Assembly: GCA_965645245.1 (NCBI GenBank)
Contig: OZ287073.1
Coordinates: forward strand, 1,612,001-1,676,000
Reading direction: 5' to 3'
DNA from: Massalongia carnosa
Taxonomy: Eukaryota
Length of the DNA: 64,000 nucleotides
In this document: one piece after another, positions 12,613 through 25,116 of the stretch
How the letters are laid out: the number at the start of each line of letters is the position of its first letter
How positions within the stretch are numbered: the first letter of the stretch is position 1
The notes under the pieces: model-generated
The model's input: only the letters and a program-made list of their open reading frames with translations
Database searches by the model: none
Told to the model about the DNA's origin: nothing
Made by a program: the position numbers and the translations under genes

Positions 12613-15042
12613 ATGACGCTCCCACAACCACTGGTGGACTTGAAGGATCACTGCTCGATAATACACAACAACACGCTGTATACCTTCCAACCTGATGCCT
12701 TTCAGTCTTTGGATCTCCGGCCGGGTGGGCGATGGTCACGACTGCCCATGGGTGTGTCAACGAAGGGTTCCGTATGTGTTCGAGGTTCTCCCAATGGGGA
12801 AGATTCCTTGTTCGTTGTGGGCGGAACGACAAACTCGTCGACACATGACTACACAGGGCTCCAACGCTATTCGTTCAAAAACAAGACATGGGATAAATGC
12901 AAACCTTCTGACAGCAGCGCAATAAACAGATTAGGACACAGCTCGGCGTACCTGAATGCATCATCATCCATCCTCATTTTTGGTGGATCGCAAGATGGCG
13001 TCGCGTTCCCATCCTCGCAAACTTTCTCGATTTCTACCCTCCCGCCATATACAATCATTGCATACAGCTCAGACGCGCCTCCTTTAATAAAGCCATTATT
13101 ACTGTCCCTGAATACAAGCCATGCCCTAATGCTTGGAGGAAATCCACAGAACAGGGACCTTTATACGTTTGCGCCGAAAGAAGGCTGGCGGAAAGTGGAC
13201 TTCCAGCTGGATGAAGGCTTGAAAGACTCCAGTAAGGTGCAATCGGTGCTGGTTAATGGGAGTGATGGCAGAAATTTCTTGGAATTTTTTGACATGGATG
13301 CATCGCCAAACAATATAACGTTGCAGCCGCTACAGAAACCTGTTGCGGCAAATTCCAGCGACTCCGATCCTTCGTCGCCTTCCACATCTTCGCCAGAGCA
13401 ACCATCCAAGAAAAAACGAAAACGGAGCACGGCGGGAACCGACAGGCTGCCATACAACAACACCCTAGCACCTCATGAGCGGCGGAGTGGTTTTTCCCTC
13501 GCACAAGATCCGGGTGGTCTGGTTGTTGCCTCTGGCGGGCAATCCGATGCCGGGGGTTATGTCCTTGCGATGTTTAATCAAACTGGCAACCAATGGATCG
13601 ATCCGGCCCGGTTCTTTGAAGTCGATACGGAAACAAACAACCTTGGCTCAACGCCTAAAGCATCGCCATCTGCTGCAAGTTCTAGCACGGCTGCGTTGCC
13701 ATCCATAACCTCGACATCGATGTCAACGTCGAGCGATGAAACCAATAGCAAGAGCCATCCTCTAACCATTCTTGGTGCGACGCTCGGCGCAGTGTTTGGT
13801 CTCGCAGCTCTCTTGATCATTATCCTGCTTTTGTTACGATGCACGCGGCGGCGTCAAGCAAAAAATCGGAACCGTGAAGCAGGCAATTATCCTTTGGGTG
13901 ATGAGCGAGAAATGGACTTCGCCGATCAGGGTGTCGACTTCATGAGGGAAGCAGGTGGCTCCTTTGCGACTAAGAGTAACCACCAGCACGTGGACTCGGG
14001 ACATACATTGAACTCTCTGGCCATTATGTCGGGCAGCGCTAGAGCTGGCACACCACAATCGAAACGTGGCTTCTTGCACAAGCCAGGTGATAGCAGCGGA
14101 AGTGCAAAATCCTTCTTTAGTCGCGCCAAGTCACCGCTTGCGTCATCGCCACCCCTCATATCGGGCCCCATTCGGTCTGGCAACCCAGGAGATGTTGGAA
14201 ACGGGATATCAGCATCTCCTGAGCCCAGGACAGAGCCCAGGACCGACACTGGATGGAGTAGATATTTCGCCAACAACAGCGCTACCAACATTGTCGCAGG
14301 AGCTCCAGGGAATACACACAATGATTCTGCTTCTCGCCCAACAACATATACGTCGAACAGCCAATCCGACTATGGATCATCGCGAATTGCCTCTTCCAAT
14401 CCCCATGAATCCGCCGAGATACAGCCACTTAGCATCCGCGCTAACGATTCACATCCTCCCAATTCTCAGGTGGTCAGCCCAACTTCAGGCCTTCCGATAC
14501 CAGGTCTAGCCCTTTCCTCTGAGTCCCCCAACGCCGACCCGCCTTCGCCGGCTACGCTAGTCTCTGATATCGACGACGTAAATGAGTTTCACCACGATGA
14601 TGAGGCTCGACAGGGCAGTGAAGGCATGGCATCATGGACACCAATCGCTGCCAGCGAACGTGGAAGTACCTGGACGGATCGACCTATAAGCAGCATCTAC
14701 GCTGACAGCCTGATTTACCCCCATCCAGGCGAACGTGTGCGAATCCCAAACTTTCCACGCGTTCCCAGCACGGCTCGAAACTCCACCGCACGGAACTCGC
14801 AGGTGGAGCCTTTGGCCGATAGTCGAGGGATGCGCAGCGTTGCGTCGAGAGAGTTCCGAACCCCGCAGGCAGAAGCGCATGATAGAGCGTTACCGGAGGT
14901 GGGAAGCCGACGGGTAGCACCGCCGGTCTTTGCGGCAGCGCCCGATGAGAGATGGTATTCTAGGAGGCCTGAAGATGGGGCCCCAAGAGAGAGAGGTGGG
15001 CCCGAAACGGAGGATATGAGTTGGCTGAATTTGGGAAGATGA
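12613..15042 (+). CDS. Kelch/beta-propeller single-pass membrane protein with a long disordered cytoplasmic tail
   Basis: Kelch-like blades (FVVGG, LIFGG, LMLGG, VASGG with W), a Ser/Thr linker, and TM ILGATLGAVFGLAALLIIILLLL followed by RCTRRR. Confidence 0.8.
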   Translation: MTLPQPLVDLKDHCSIIHNNTLYTFQPDAFQSLDLRPGGRWSRLPMGVSTKGSVCVRGSPNGEDSLFVVGGTTNSSTHDYTGLQRYSFKNKTWDKCKPSDSSAINRLGHSSAYLNASSSILIFGGSQDGVAFPSSQTFSISTLPPYTIIAYSSDAPPLIKPLLLSLNTSHALMLGGNPQNRDLYTFAPKEGWRKVDFQLDEGLKDSSKVQSVLVNGSDGRNFLEFFDMDASPNNITLQPLQKPVAANSSDSDPSSPSTSSPEQPSKKKRKRSTAGTDRLPYNNTLAPHERRSGFSLAQDPGGLVVASGGQSDAGGYVLAMFNQTGNQWIDPARFFEVDTETNNLGSTPKASPSAASSSTAALPSITSTSMSTSSDETNSKSHPLTILGATLGAVFGLAALLIIILLLLRCTRRRQAKNRNREAGNYPLGDEREMDFADQGVDFMREAGGSFATKSNHQHVDSGHTLNSLAIMSGSARAGTPQSKRGFLHKPGDSSGSAKSFFSRAKSPLASSPPLISGPIRSGNPGDVGNGISASPEPRTEPRTDTGWSRYFANNSATNIVAGAPGNTHNDSASRPTTYTSNSQSDYGSSRIASSNPHESAEIQPLSIRANDSHPPNSQVVSPTSGLPIPGLALSSESPNADPPSPATLVSDIDDVNEFHHDDEARQGSEGMASWTPIAASERGSTWTDRPISSIYADSLIYPHPGERVRIPNFPRVPSTARNSTARNSQVEPLADSRGMRSVASREFRTPQAEAHDRALPEVGSRRVAPPVFAAAPDERWYSRRPEDGAPRERGGPETEDMSWLNLGR

Positions 15043-16109
15043 TAAAGCTGTGTTTCGACTGATCATTACGCTTGGAAACGCCCTCATGACCATCGTATCA
15101 TCCGATGCCTGTGCTTTTAGGCGCATCAGCTCGTGGAGCATCAACGACGGGAATATCAGACCTACCCAAGCCAAAACTGGCAACGTTCCTTATTGTGTAT
15201 CATGTCCATCGTTCGGATTCGAGCAATCTTGAGGCGCGATCTCAACATTAGCAGCAGCATTCGCTTTTTTCCATGTAAATTATCCATCGCATTTCCGGAC
15301 CGGCTGTCTAAATAGGTCATGGAACCAACTGTACGAAAAACGGGCGCCAAAGAAAAAGTCAGGGGATTGGGGGGGGGGAGGAACAGGGAGATGGAAAGGA
15401 ATAATGGGCGCTTCTGGCACGTTAGGCGCGCATGCCTCTGTTTACGTATGAGCTACTTATGTACGAAATGCCCTGAAGGGCGGCAAAAGTGAACGATCGG
15501 GGAGTGGTTACGCCCAGGGTCCGAACTCCGTCGTGGGAGGCAGAGTGAGAAAGATAGTCCAAGGGGGGGGGGGGTGGTACGGCTGTAGATGTGCATAGCT
15601 GACGGTTGTGGCTCGGACCTTGACGGTGGCAGTATAGTGCATTATGGCAGGGTAGGGGAGTGGAGGGGATAGGGACGGGGAGGACAGTGGGGGGGAGACG
15701 GGAGGAGACGATGGCTTCTGAGCGCGCATGAAACGAGGGAAGGGAGGGAAACACAAAGGAGGGAAGTAGGACGCACCCTACATACTACCTACTACATGCC
15801 CAACCCAGACCAGACAGCTAGCTCGGTACGGTACACAACATGCCCGAATCAATAAATACCTTGATTCCATCTATCTGTCCGTCTGTCGGTCTATCCGTCA
15901 AATCTATGATCTATTTACATCTTTTAAATACTATGTATATATATTTCCCATTAAAGCCAGCCAGGTTCGCTAATCCGGGCAAAGAAACCCAAACCAGACA
16001 GAAACCGTCGAAGCTTTCATTCAGCAGAGGGGGGACTGGGGCTGGGGGGGTTCTTTTTACTCTCTTTCACTCTTTTGCTCTTCTTCTGCAAAATAAATTT
16101 TACATACAG

Positions 16110-16146
16110 TACATACATACATACATACATACATACATACATACAA
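16110..16146. repeat. (TACA)n microsatellite
   Basis: About 9 TACA units. Confidence 0.9.
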
Positions 16147-16406
16147 AGTAGAGCCCTGAAGACATTCGATCTCGGGGTATCATTTTAAATCAAGTCGGTC
16201 GTTTCAGTCATGTCATCGTCGGTGTTGGTGTTTGTTTGGTCAAACTCGATTAATTGATGGAATAGGACGGGGTTTGGTTTACATAGCCTGGAAGCGAGAT
16301 AGAGGTAATAATAGAGTGAGTAGTTCCATGAAACCCTCGCCCCCCGTTTCTGTTTTTTTTACAAAAAGATACGGTAAAACAGCACAACCCCTCACCCCAA
16401 ATCCAA

Positions 16407-18386
16407 CTACTGCCCACCGCCCGAAGACGACAGAGGGGCCGTCTTTCGAGCTGGCAGTCCCGGAACTTTAAACCCGGCGGTATCCTCGCCCCCTTTGGCC
16501 CCTGGTCCCGCTCCCGCTCCGCCGGCGGACTGGCCACCGCCACCGCTCACCTGCGTAAACGTCCCCCCCTTGAACCATCGATCCGCCTCCTCCTCCCTCT
16601 TCCGCCTCATCTCCGCCTGCACCTTCGGGTCCACCAGCTCGAGCCCTTGCACCGGCGTAAAGGCAACGCTACTCGCCGTCCCGCTCACACCTGCACCCAC
16701 GCCCGAAGCCCTCAGTCCATGCCCTGCGCGCAACACCGTGCTGTTGCCCCCCACCTGCCCGAACCCGCGCAGCGAAGATGACGTGCCTCCTAGCGGAGTG
16801 GCGCCCCCCCAGCCCTTGTGGCTCTTGCTCAGCTTGGCCTTGGTGCGCTGATCAATCTGTTGGTTCCGGATATGCCCCTCGTTCGCTTGCCCGATCATAC
16901 CGAGGCCTTTGGTGCCTTCGCCGGTACCGTATCCAACTTCCTTCTCCTCCTTGCCGAACGCCATTCGATTCTGAGCCTTGCGTAAGTCCGTCATGGCGGT
17001 TGCTTCCTTTGCCTTGCGCGCGCGGCGGCCACCACGTTTCCGGGAAGGCTTGTCGTCTGGGGCGGGGAGGGCACGGGGGCCCTTGTTCGGGGGCGGTTCG
17101 GTGAGTTTTTCTAAACGCGCAAGCGTGTCGTTCTTGAGAAGGAGGCCGTTGGAGCCGTCGGGGGAAGCATGCACGCGGTCAACGCGGGCTGCAAGGACGA
17201 CCTTCGCGGCGACGATGCGCATGGCTTGGCGCTTGAGATCCGACGGGATGCCACGGATAATGGGAGAGTGGTAGAGGAAGCCTTGGTGGCGCACGCCGAC
17301 GTTGGTGGCAAAGCCGGTTTGGGATTGTTTCTTGGAGCCGAGAGGAGGGATGTTGCAAGAGGGGGTTTTGGCTAACCCCGTGAGGCCGCCGGCGAAGTTG
17401 AGGAGTTGCGCCGCGGTGAGGGAGCCGATCAGGGCAGTTAGGTTCGGCGCGAAGAGGTTCATGCGCGATTGCACGTATTCGGTAAGAATTTTCTTTGCTC
17501 GGTCCAAGGCTAGGGTCATCTCGCAGGCTCTCATCACAGTCTGGAGTTCGGTGGAGCTCATGTGCCGGCCTCGTGTCGTTGTGCTCTCCACCGTTACTAC
17601 CATAAGGGAGGGTCCGTCAAGGACTGACTTTAAGGGTGCGCCAACTATGTTGTCCGTTCTTTGCGCCAGCTCCTTGATGTTGTCCATTGGGCCGTTTCCA
17701 ATTATCGCTACCGATTTTGCGTAATCCAAAGGGTTTGTGACAAGCGTCTCGAGCTCGGGAAATCTGGTGGAGTAGTGATCTCGAATGAACTTGTGGACGA
17801 GAATAATCTCGTTGTCGATTGAGGTAGAGAGGGTATTAGATTGCGTAAGGAGGTGATATTCCGGATTATCTTCGATGGATCCGACAAAGGTCGTCTGCTT
17901 CTCGGGGGGAAGAGACTGGTATTGGGCGATTTTCTGGAGGCGACGAAAGTACGTCAGGGCTATGTTTGTAACAGATGTAAACCTTGAACTTCACGTAAAG
18001 CTGATTGGGGCTGAGAAGAAAGAAGCACCTACCTCCAGGACTGGTTCCAACGTCTTCATCAGGCCCGCGACACTCCGAACGTCGTTTACTCCCCCAAGCT
18101 GCATCTTCTCCACCTTTGCCTTTGCTTCCTCCTCATCTTCGGCATCCTCTATCATGCCGGTAGCTCTAGAGGCCCCACCCGCCATTGTCTCGTCTTCATC
18201 GTCGTCTTCTTCATCCACATCCATCACCATCACGCCTGCGGAACCATGGGAAGTGGAATGATGTCGGTGACCGTTGGGCAAGCCTGGTGACGGGGCATCG
18301 CGGAGAAGTCCATTTTGCAGATCACCTCCTCCTTCCGAACCAGAGTCTTCAAAGTCATTCAGCAGTTCATCGGCTAGAGTAGACAT
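16407..18386 (-). CDS. PRP31: U4/U6.U5 tri-snRNP splicing factor Prp31, intron 17934-18032
   Basis: MSTLADELLNDF, HKFIRDHYSTRFPELE, a Nop domain, KRGGRRARK, and the C-terminus GTASSVAFTPVQGLEL. Confidence 0.97.
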
Positions 18387-19364
18387 GTTAAGTGGCGGGC
18401 TTTGAGCAACGAAAAGGTTGGATTTATGAACGTAAGATTTGATGGAGCCAAATGTAATTATTACCTAAGCATATTTTCAGCCTTATGGGAATACTTATTA
18501 TCCACACCAAAGTGCGTTTTCGAGTGACCGATAAAGAAGCTCCAACTAGAGTAAACCCAGAAAACCCCCCCCCAAGCCTTCCGGTTGTATTCGCGATCAT
18601 CAAGTAACTATCGCGATTTTCGAATCAGCCGAGCATTTCAGAATAACCGTGGCATCCAGATATATGTGTGTTACGGAAAGCCGCGGGCGAGGTTCTTGCT
18701 TGCTTGCTTGCGCTCAGCTGACAGGGGGTAGGGGGGCCTTTTAGGCTGGGTTATCTGGTAAGGGGTATATGAGAAAATAATAATGGGAAGGCATGGAATG
18801 GAATGGATTAGTATATTAAATGTATATAACTATTAGGTTGGATGAAAATCCCCTGAATAGGGAATAGAATCCCGCCCCGTTCCTCTCCTCCCGTTGCCTT
18901 CACAACCTCCCCCTAATTTGTTAAACTCATCATCACAACGCTCGGGTTCAATCCTTCTCACACACTTCCCCATCCCATCATTCCCTCGAGGGGTTTCGTC
19001 GGTCAGGTCGCACCTTGAAGCATGTGTCGTGTTCCCGCCTTTCTTACTTCTTTCCCGTTGCTCGATATACCGTTTCCACCTAGAAAGGAAAAAAAAATAA
19101 CAATGATAGTATATGCACATACCTGTAGGATGGAGGGGGGAAAGGTGAAGCGTGCTAGACGCTGAGGGTGAGAAAGGGGGCTGTCATTCTGCTTCCGTTG
19201 CGGGGGGCCAAGCGGGCGATACAACAGGATTGGGTTGGAGTTGGAGCTTGGTTTGAGGGGGTGAGGAGGTGGTGAGCTTGGACTAAGCAGCCTGAAGGGG
19301 TGGGTTGTGAGTTGGATCGGCAGGAGCGGGACCATGGAGTTGCTCGATGTGTAGCATGCAAGGG

Positions 19365-21406
19365 CTACGCAGGAACGAGGACCGGTTCTTTTAAGTTTGC
19401 ATAATCTAGCTCCGGCACAATACCAGGCCGCTCAAGCGCCCAGACAGGCAGACTCCGGTCGCCTCGCTCCCATTTGCCGTAGCCAGCAGCCTTGTACGCG
19501 AGTCGTTGCAGCTGGCAGGGCGCATCGACGATCCAATACAGGCGCCTCTCATTGGCGCCGAAGAGCTTCAAAGCTAGATCTATGAGATATTCCAAGAAGG
19601 TCCCTAACACCCATAGGGGTAAACCAACGGCTAAGATTATGGCAATAGCCTTCCACTGAAAGTTGTACGCTCCGCTTGGAAGCATGATTTTCTGCGAGCC
19701 GCACTGGCTGGCCATATGCGGGTCCTGCGGTCGTTGGACGTACTGATTGAGAGATGGCTCAGGTGGTCCGGCGGCGAAATCGACGACGCTTTGTTGTAAC
19801 TTTGCAAGCGATATGGAGAACCACTGCGTGACTTCGTGCCTCCACTGATCGATCGGAAGTGCTCGGGTTTGTGTAGTCTCCAGGACGCTCAGGGATGCTA
19901 AGAGTGAGGAAGCGCTTCTGCCAGCTACGGACCCGTATGTACTGAGCGATGACAGCAAAGTGACAATCCGTTGCGCCGTGGCCAGTTGCGCGGAGTTAAA
20001 ACCCAGGTCGAAGACGCTCGCTCCTAGATGATAGATACCGGACGGTGCACTGCAGAATTCTCTGCGTTTATCCCCTGGGCATATTTGGTATTGGTCGATG
20101 CAAGCCAAGACGGTGGTGTAAAACTCTGGCGTAACACCGCTAATGAGCTGTCCGTTCACAAGCTCGGTGTAACCTTCCCCGGTGATGAAGAATGGGTCCG
20201 AGGTTGGGAAGTTGGAAACAATGTGGTCTCCATTAAGGAAGAAGATCGCTATGTCGGCGTCGGTTCGGTTGGCATTCCAAAATGTGGAGTTGGGATTCCA
20301 AGTTTGGGAGGCGGCGCCGCCGAAGAAGCCTCGAGATCTGTTTAAATTTAGCACAAGTGCGATCTTGACGAAAGATTTGGAAAGTACGTTAGATCGTAGC
20401 CGTAGCCGTCACTTGGCTTCCAGGAAGAGAATTCAAAGGTCCAGCTGGTGTTGAAGGTGCCATCGCCCGGAATACCACCGTAGTAGAACCTGTACAAGCG
20501 TGTATCAGGGGGCCAAAGACTGGCTTTGTCGGTTTCGTTCGCATTAACAATATCCACGAAGCCTCGCGATGAGATTGGAGAGCATGTCATGGATTTACGA
20601 AATAAAACACGATCTTCTGGCTTGGCGTTGATGCCCAAGGTTTCGGATGAGTCCATGAAGCCTGTATCAATCTCATACGGGGTGGAATCCTTGTTGATGC
20701 AGTTGTTGCTGACATCGAATGGGCAATCCGCATCTCGCGTTTGAAAAGTCAATTTGGGTTGAGGATAGTAACCGCATGGCGCGATTGCAGAAGGCTTGTC
20801 ACTATAGCATTGCTTGACATATTGATCTCCAGCTTCGGTTTGATTGATATTCACCGTCTCGAACAGTATCTGCTGCGTTCTGTTCTGGTAGTCGAAGATC
20901 GAGAGAGTGCCACATAGGTTGCCTTGGAGCAATCCCATTTGCGTCACGTAGGGTTGTGTCCACATGAAGCCAACTAGGACGCCTGCTATGATCCACAACG
21001 CAAAATGGGCGAGTGCAAAAATCATCATCGCGGGCGTGGCAAAGCCAAAGTGGAATGGCACCGCCGACGTATTCTTGGAGAAACGCCGCCATCGAAATAC
21101 TTGCTGGCCCAGCTCCCAGAACAGCGTCAGGCCGCCAGAACTGTTGCGTAAAATCACACGTCGCTGATCAAGATACCCTTCGAACTTCTCAATCCTGGCG
21201 GAGCTGTTGGCAGCTTTTCTTCGGAAGTGAAGGTGGTAAAAGACGATGCGGACTATCGACCAGACCTGAGAGCCAATAAATGCGATTGCGAGCGGAGTTG
21301 CGGCTTGAAGTGCAGCCGCTTTTCTTCCTGTCAGGGTGAGAACGCGATCACCGCTGGCGTAATCAAACCAGAGTCCATTGTAGATGGCCGAGGATGTATC
21401 ACTCAT
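19365..21406 (-). CDS. Uncharacterised fungal membrane protein (N-terminal TMs, large Cys/N-glycosylated luminal domain, C-terminal TM), intron 20338-20387
   Basis: Two long ORFs are joined in frame by GTACTT...GCTAAAT...CAG. Hydrophobic segments are present, with LACIDQYQIC and WFSISLAKLQ motifs. Confidence 0.75.
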
Positions 21407-21846
21407 GATCCCTAATGTTTATTTCCAAGGTAAGCCTCGTAAACCAAGCTTGAGCAGTGAACGATGGGTTGAAGGGCCTCAAGCATCGCACCCCAGCATG
21501 AACCCATTTTATGTAAGACGGGGGGGAAGGGTGACTCGCAAGGGAGGCTCTAGAACGGAAAGCCTCATGACGAACAGGAGCAGCATCGACAGTTTAGTCT
21601 CGTGTTCTCGAGGCTTCGCTCGAATCAATCGAAAAAGACGCTTCTGCGCGTTTACTCGTGATCATCTTCGTTCAAGACACATTCTCTTTTGCAACGACGC
21701 AAAAGTTACTTGACTTCGATAATAGAGAATGGGAAGCCTCGTAGAAGTTTTTTATTTCATCATCATATTATCTGTTCATCTCGATTGATGATTACTCGTA
21801 TGATTCCTTTCAATGCTCCGTAAATCTAAAAACAATCACGAAAGTA

Positions 21847-24013
21847 TCCCTCTCGCTGTCATTCTAGCACCCCCCCCCAAGCTAAACCATTGTTGGTTAG
21901 AAAGCGCTAAACCTTAAACTTTTGACCAATCAATGTTATTCCTATTCACAAGAAGTTGTACGGAGTATCAGATACCTATTTACTCGTCCCCTATCATATG
22001 AATAGCTTCCCAACAGCTGGCTTTCTTACAGCAGGGCCTGATTGGATTACATCCTCCACAAGCCCATATAGTCTGAGCACCCCTTCGCCTTCTTTTACGC
22101 CCATCGACACTTATTTCAGCCAGTGGCTCTCCCTTCCGCTTTGAAGGTCGTTTTTTCTCGGCGTTACATTGCACACATCTTTTTCTGCCTTCAAGACGAA
22201 CGTAATGATGAATGGGAGATGGTACTAAAGCATCAATCGTGGTATTGATGCTTATCTTTGATGAGCCGGGCCTGATGCCCGCTTGATTTGATATCAGTTC
22301 AAGAGCAATCCGACGAAGAAATTCAGAACGAGTAAATTTTATCTCCTCGGAATCGAAAGAGTTCAGCGAGTAAAGTTTATAGGCATTCAATCCGGCTGCA
22401 TCTAAAATAAAAATGAACAAAGGCCACCAGTAACGATCCGTTCGACGATTGTATGAGTAAATCGCTCGTTGCTGAGCGTTTCCATCCGATCCCCCCATAT
22501 GAAGATTATATTCTTTGATTGGGGCTGGTATCGGTAATCCTAAGGGCCGTTGAACCTCTTGATTGAGCAAGGGAATGGAGTGAGCCAGAGTTGATGGGAA
22601 ATACGATACAATAGGTTGAAGAGAGGTCTCGGGAATTCCATATCTCTTGTGCGGATTTATATAGTGCATTTCGTACAAGTCCTGAGGAGAATGACCGGTG
22701 GTCATGTACTGCACACCATTATTATCCACCCAGCCCATACAAAGCACCTTATCGTCGACCACCATATGGGCCTGAAGACCCCAGTCTTTCCTTTTGAAGT
22801 GACGTCCCGTATGGCCAACAATTCTTCTGGAAAGCCCGAGCCCTTTTTAGCAGTTCCACTGGCAGCTATTCCGATTGATCGAAGTGCCTTGAATAATTTC
22901 GTACTAGTAAAGAAATTATCACAGAAAAGATGATAATTCAGTGAGGATGGAAGTTCTTTACATAACTGAATCACTAGCAAAGCACTAGGAGTTAGTTTAT
23001 CTTTTGGCAAAAATCCCAATTGTCTGACTGTTTTCAATTCACTTATTCTGCTACTCTTCGAGGCAAACATAAATGACAACAGATAATTATCCTGACAGAG
23101 ACTGTAGATTTTAAATCCTTTATGGGCACTTTTTGTAGTAATCTGCAAGGTATGTCGAGAACGGCCCTTGAATAACACCAGCTGTTCATCTATAGATATC
23201 ATACTTCCTGGTCTGCAATGTTTCAATGAAGTCTTTCGGAAATCAGTAGCCAACGGTTCCAGTTTCTTCCACCAATCAGGTCCTTGACCAAGTCCGATAG
23301 GCTCAGTCTGTCCATTATTGATTTTCAAAAATCGTTTGATTTGTTGAAATCGACCAAGCGACATCGCGGACAGAATAGGCATGATAACTGGTTTGTCAGG
23401 ACGTTGATTCCAATAATCCTCTGTAGCAGGTAGATGATCGAGTCCCATAAGAATTAATATGCCCAAAAAAACCTCAATTTCCGAGTCAGTAGTGTCAGTC
23501 CAAACCCGATGATTGTTCTCCTTCTCCTTTTCCATGTAGTTATTTGCCTTGATATTGGTATGATTTGCGATGATACGACAATGCTGCCTTGTTATAAATA
23601 ACCGAAATAATCCCAAAGGATTTCGAGAATCGTTTTCAACGAGCGGAACAAAAGGCCTGTTTTCAACCCGAATGGGGGTATATTTTGAGGAAATAGGGGG
23701 AAGGTCGATTAAAATATCCCGAACACTTCTTTTGCGATTTATTTTATGTTGCTTCGCTGAAATGGGAGATTTGTCTGATACACTCGGGATTTCTTCTTCA
23801 TTGAGCGTCATACTTATAATATCAATTCCGAAGCTAGAAGAATAGTAATTTATGTGATTTATTTTGATTGAATGACCGAATAGTATTCTTTGAAAAGTAA
23901 ACAAACGCGCAAACACTCTAGAGAAAACTAATGTTCTGATGACTCATCGGTGCGGAAGCTAGTCCAATATAGATTAGCTTGGGGGGGGGGTGCTAGAATG
24001 ACAGCGAGAGGGA
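21847..24013 (-). mobile_element. piggyBac-family DNA transposon with ~39-bp TIRs
   Basis: TCCCTCTCGCTGTCATTCTAGCA(C9)AAGCTAA at 21847-21885 is inverted at 23974-24013 (G10 run) and encloses a piggyBac-type transposase. Confidence 0.92.
21980..23811 (-). pseudogene. piggyBac-like transposase with one frameshift near 22787
   Basis: MSLGRFQQIKRFL, SIDEQ, CDNFFTS, WVDN, YNLHMGGSD, and a C-terminal Cys-rich domain (RCVQC...CGGC...CWEAIH). Adding 1 nt restores KGKDWGLQAHMVVDD. Confidence 0.88.
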
Positions 24014-25116
24014 TAGCCCCTATTTTGTGCCACATCGCTCGGTTCGCCTCGCTTAGAACCGAGCAAGGTAACCCGGTGGCGCAGATAGATCCCGAGATTC
24101 GCCCGGACCAGAAGCGTGTCTATTTCCTATTCGGGTTCTTTGGCATAAGACAGGGGTATCACACCCAATGGAGTCGTTTCATTCCACCACGTATCCCCAC
24201 CGAAACAAAGCAATGCCATCCCCATCATGGCTACCGTATTTGATTTTGTGTGACGCTAACCTCAACAGGAATCAGACACACTTTCTGAGCCTCATGGGTA
24301 ACATGCTAATACATACGACCAACCTAGCGTCGTCCAGGTACGGCACGTAAGTACATAGGCATCAACTCCACCACGAGCTAATCCCTTTGGGACAACGGAG
24401 GCTTTCCCAAGGGCTTTTCACGGCGTTCCTGTCGCTGTGATAAGCTCGTCCATGAACCACCAGACTGCTTCAGCCCCAGCGTTGTTGATCTTACTTAGAA
24501 GAATCTGGTGGGCAGTGCCCCATGGCGCGCATTGCAAGACAAACAGCTAGTTGTGCCGTTTTGTGCTCCTGACGCACTAACTATGTTTTATGTAGCAGAC
24601 GAGGTTCCTGAACCAGGGCTGTACGAGTAGATTAAGTCGCAGAGCGTTGTGCGTAGGTTCGCGAGCCGAGGGCGAAGCAAATCACGGATCGCGCTACGCA
24701 AAGGGGGTGATAGAGGAATGGATTACTCATAATGCCGATCTAGGTGGTGGGGGAACGTGGTCTAAGGATGTAGAGGGTGTTTTCTGAATGCTTACGCGAG
24801 GAGGTTGAGAAGTGTGCCCATGCTGAAAAAGAGTTCGAATGGGTGGTTATCTCTAAGATTAGGATGGCAAGAAAGGGAGAATGGTATCCTACCATATCTA
24901 TATGATGTATGATACGTTTCATTGATACAGAGTGTACAGAGTGCCAGGATCTCATTCAGAAAACGAAATCTGTTCAGTTTCACAGAGCTCAAGGGTATCC
25001 TATCTTAGGTATGATAAGGCGAGGCCTCGTAAGTTCTATTCGTCGATGACATTATAGAAGGCTTTGGCAGCATCTTCAGACGTATTGAAAAACCATTGCT
25101 CCGCCTACAACAAGTA

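Noticed and set aside
16495..17724. Long antisense ORFs over PRP31 (likewise over SGT2 and the permease)
   Set aside because: They are shadow ORFs caused by GC-rich codon bias.
22781..22800. Programmed -1 frameshift in the piggyBac transposase
   Set aside because: There is no X XXY YYZ slippery heptamer; a 1-nt deletion or sequencing error is simpler.
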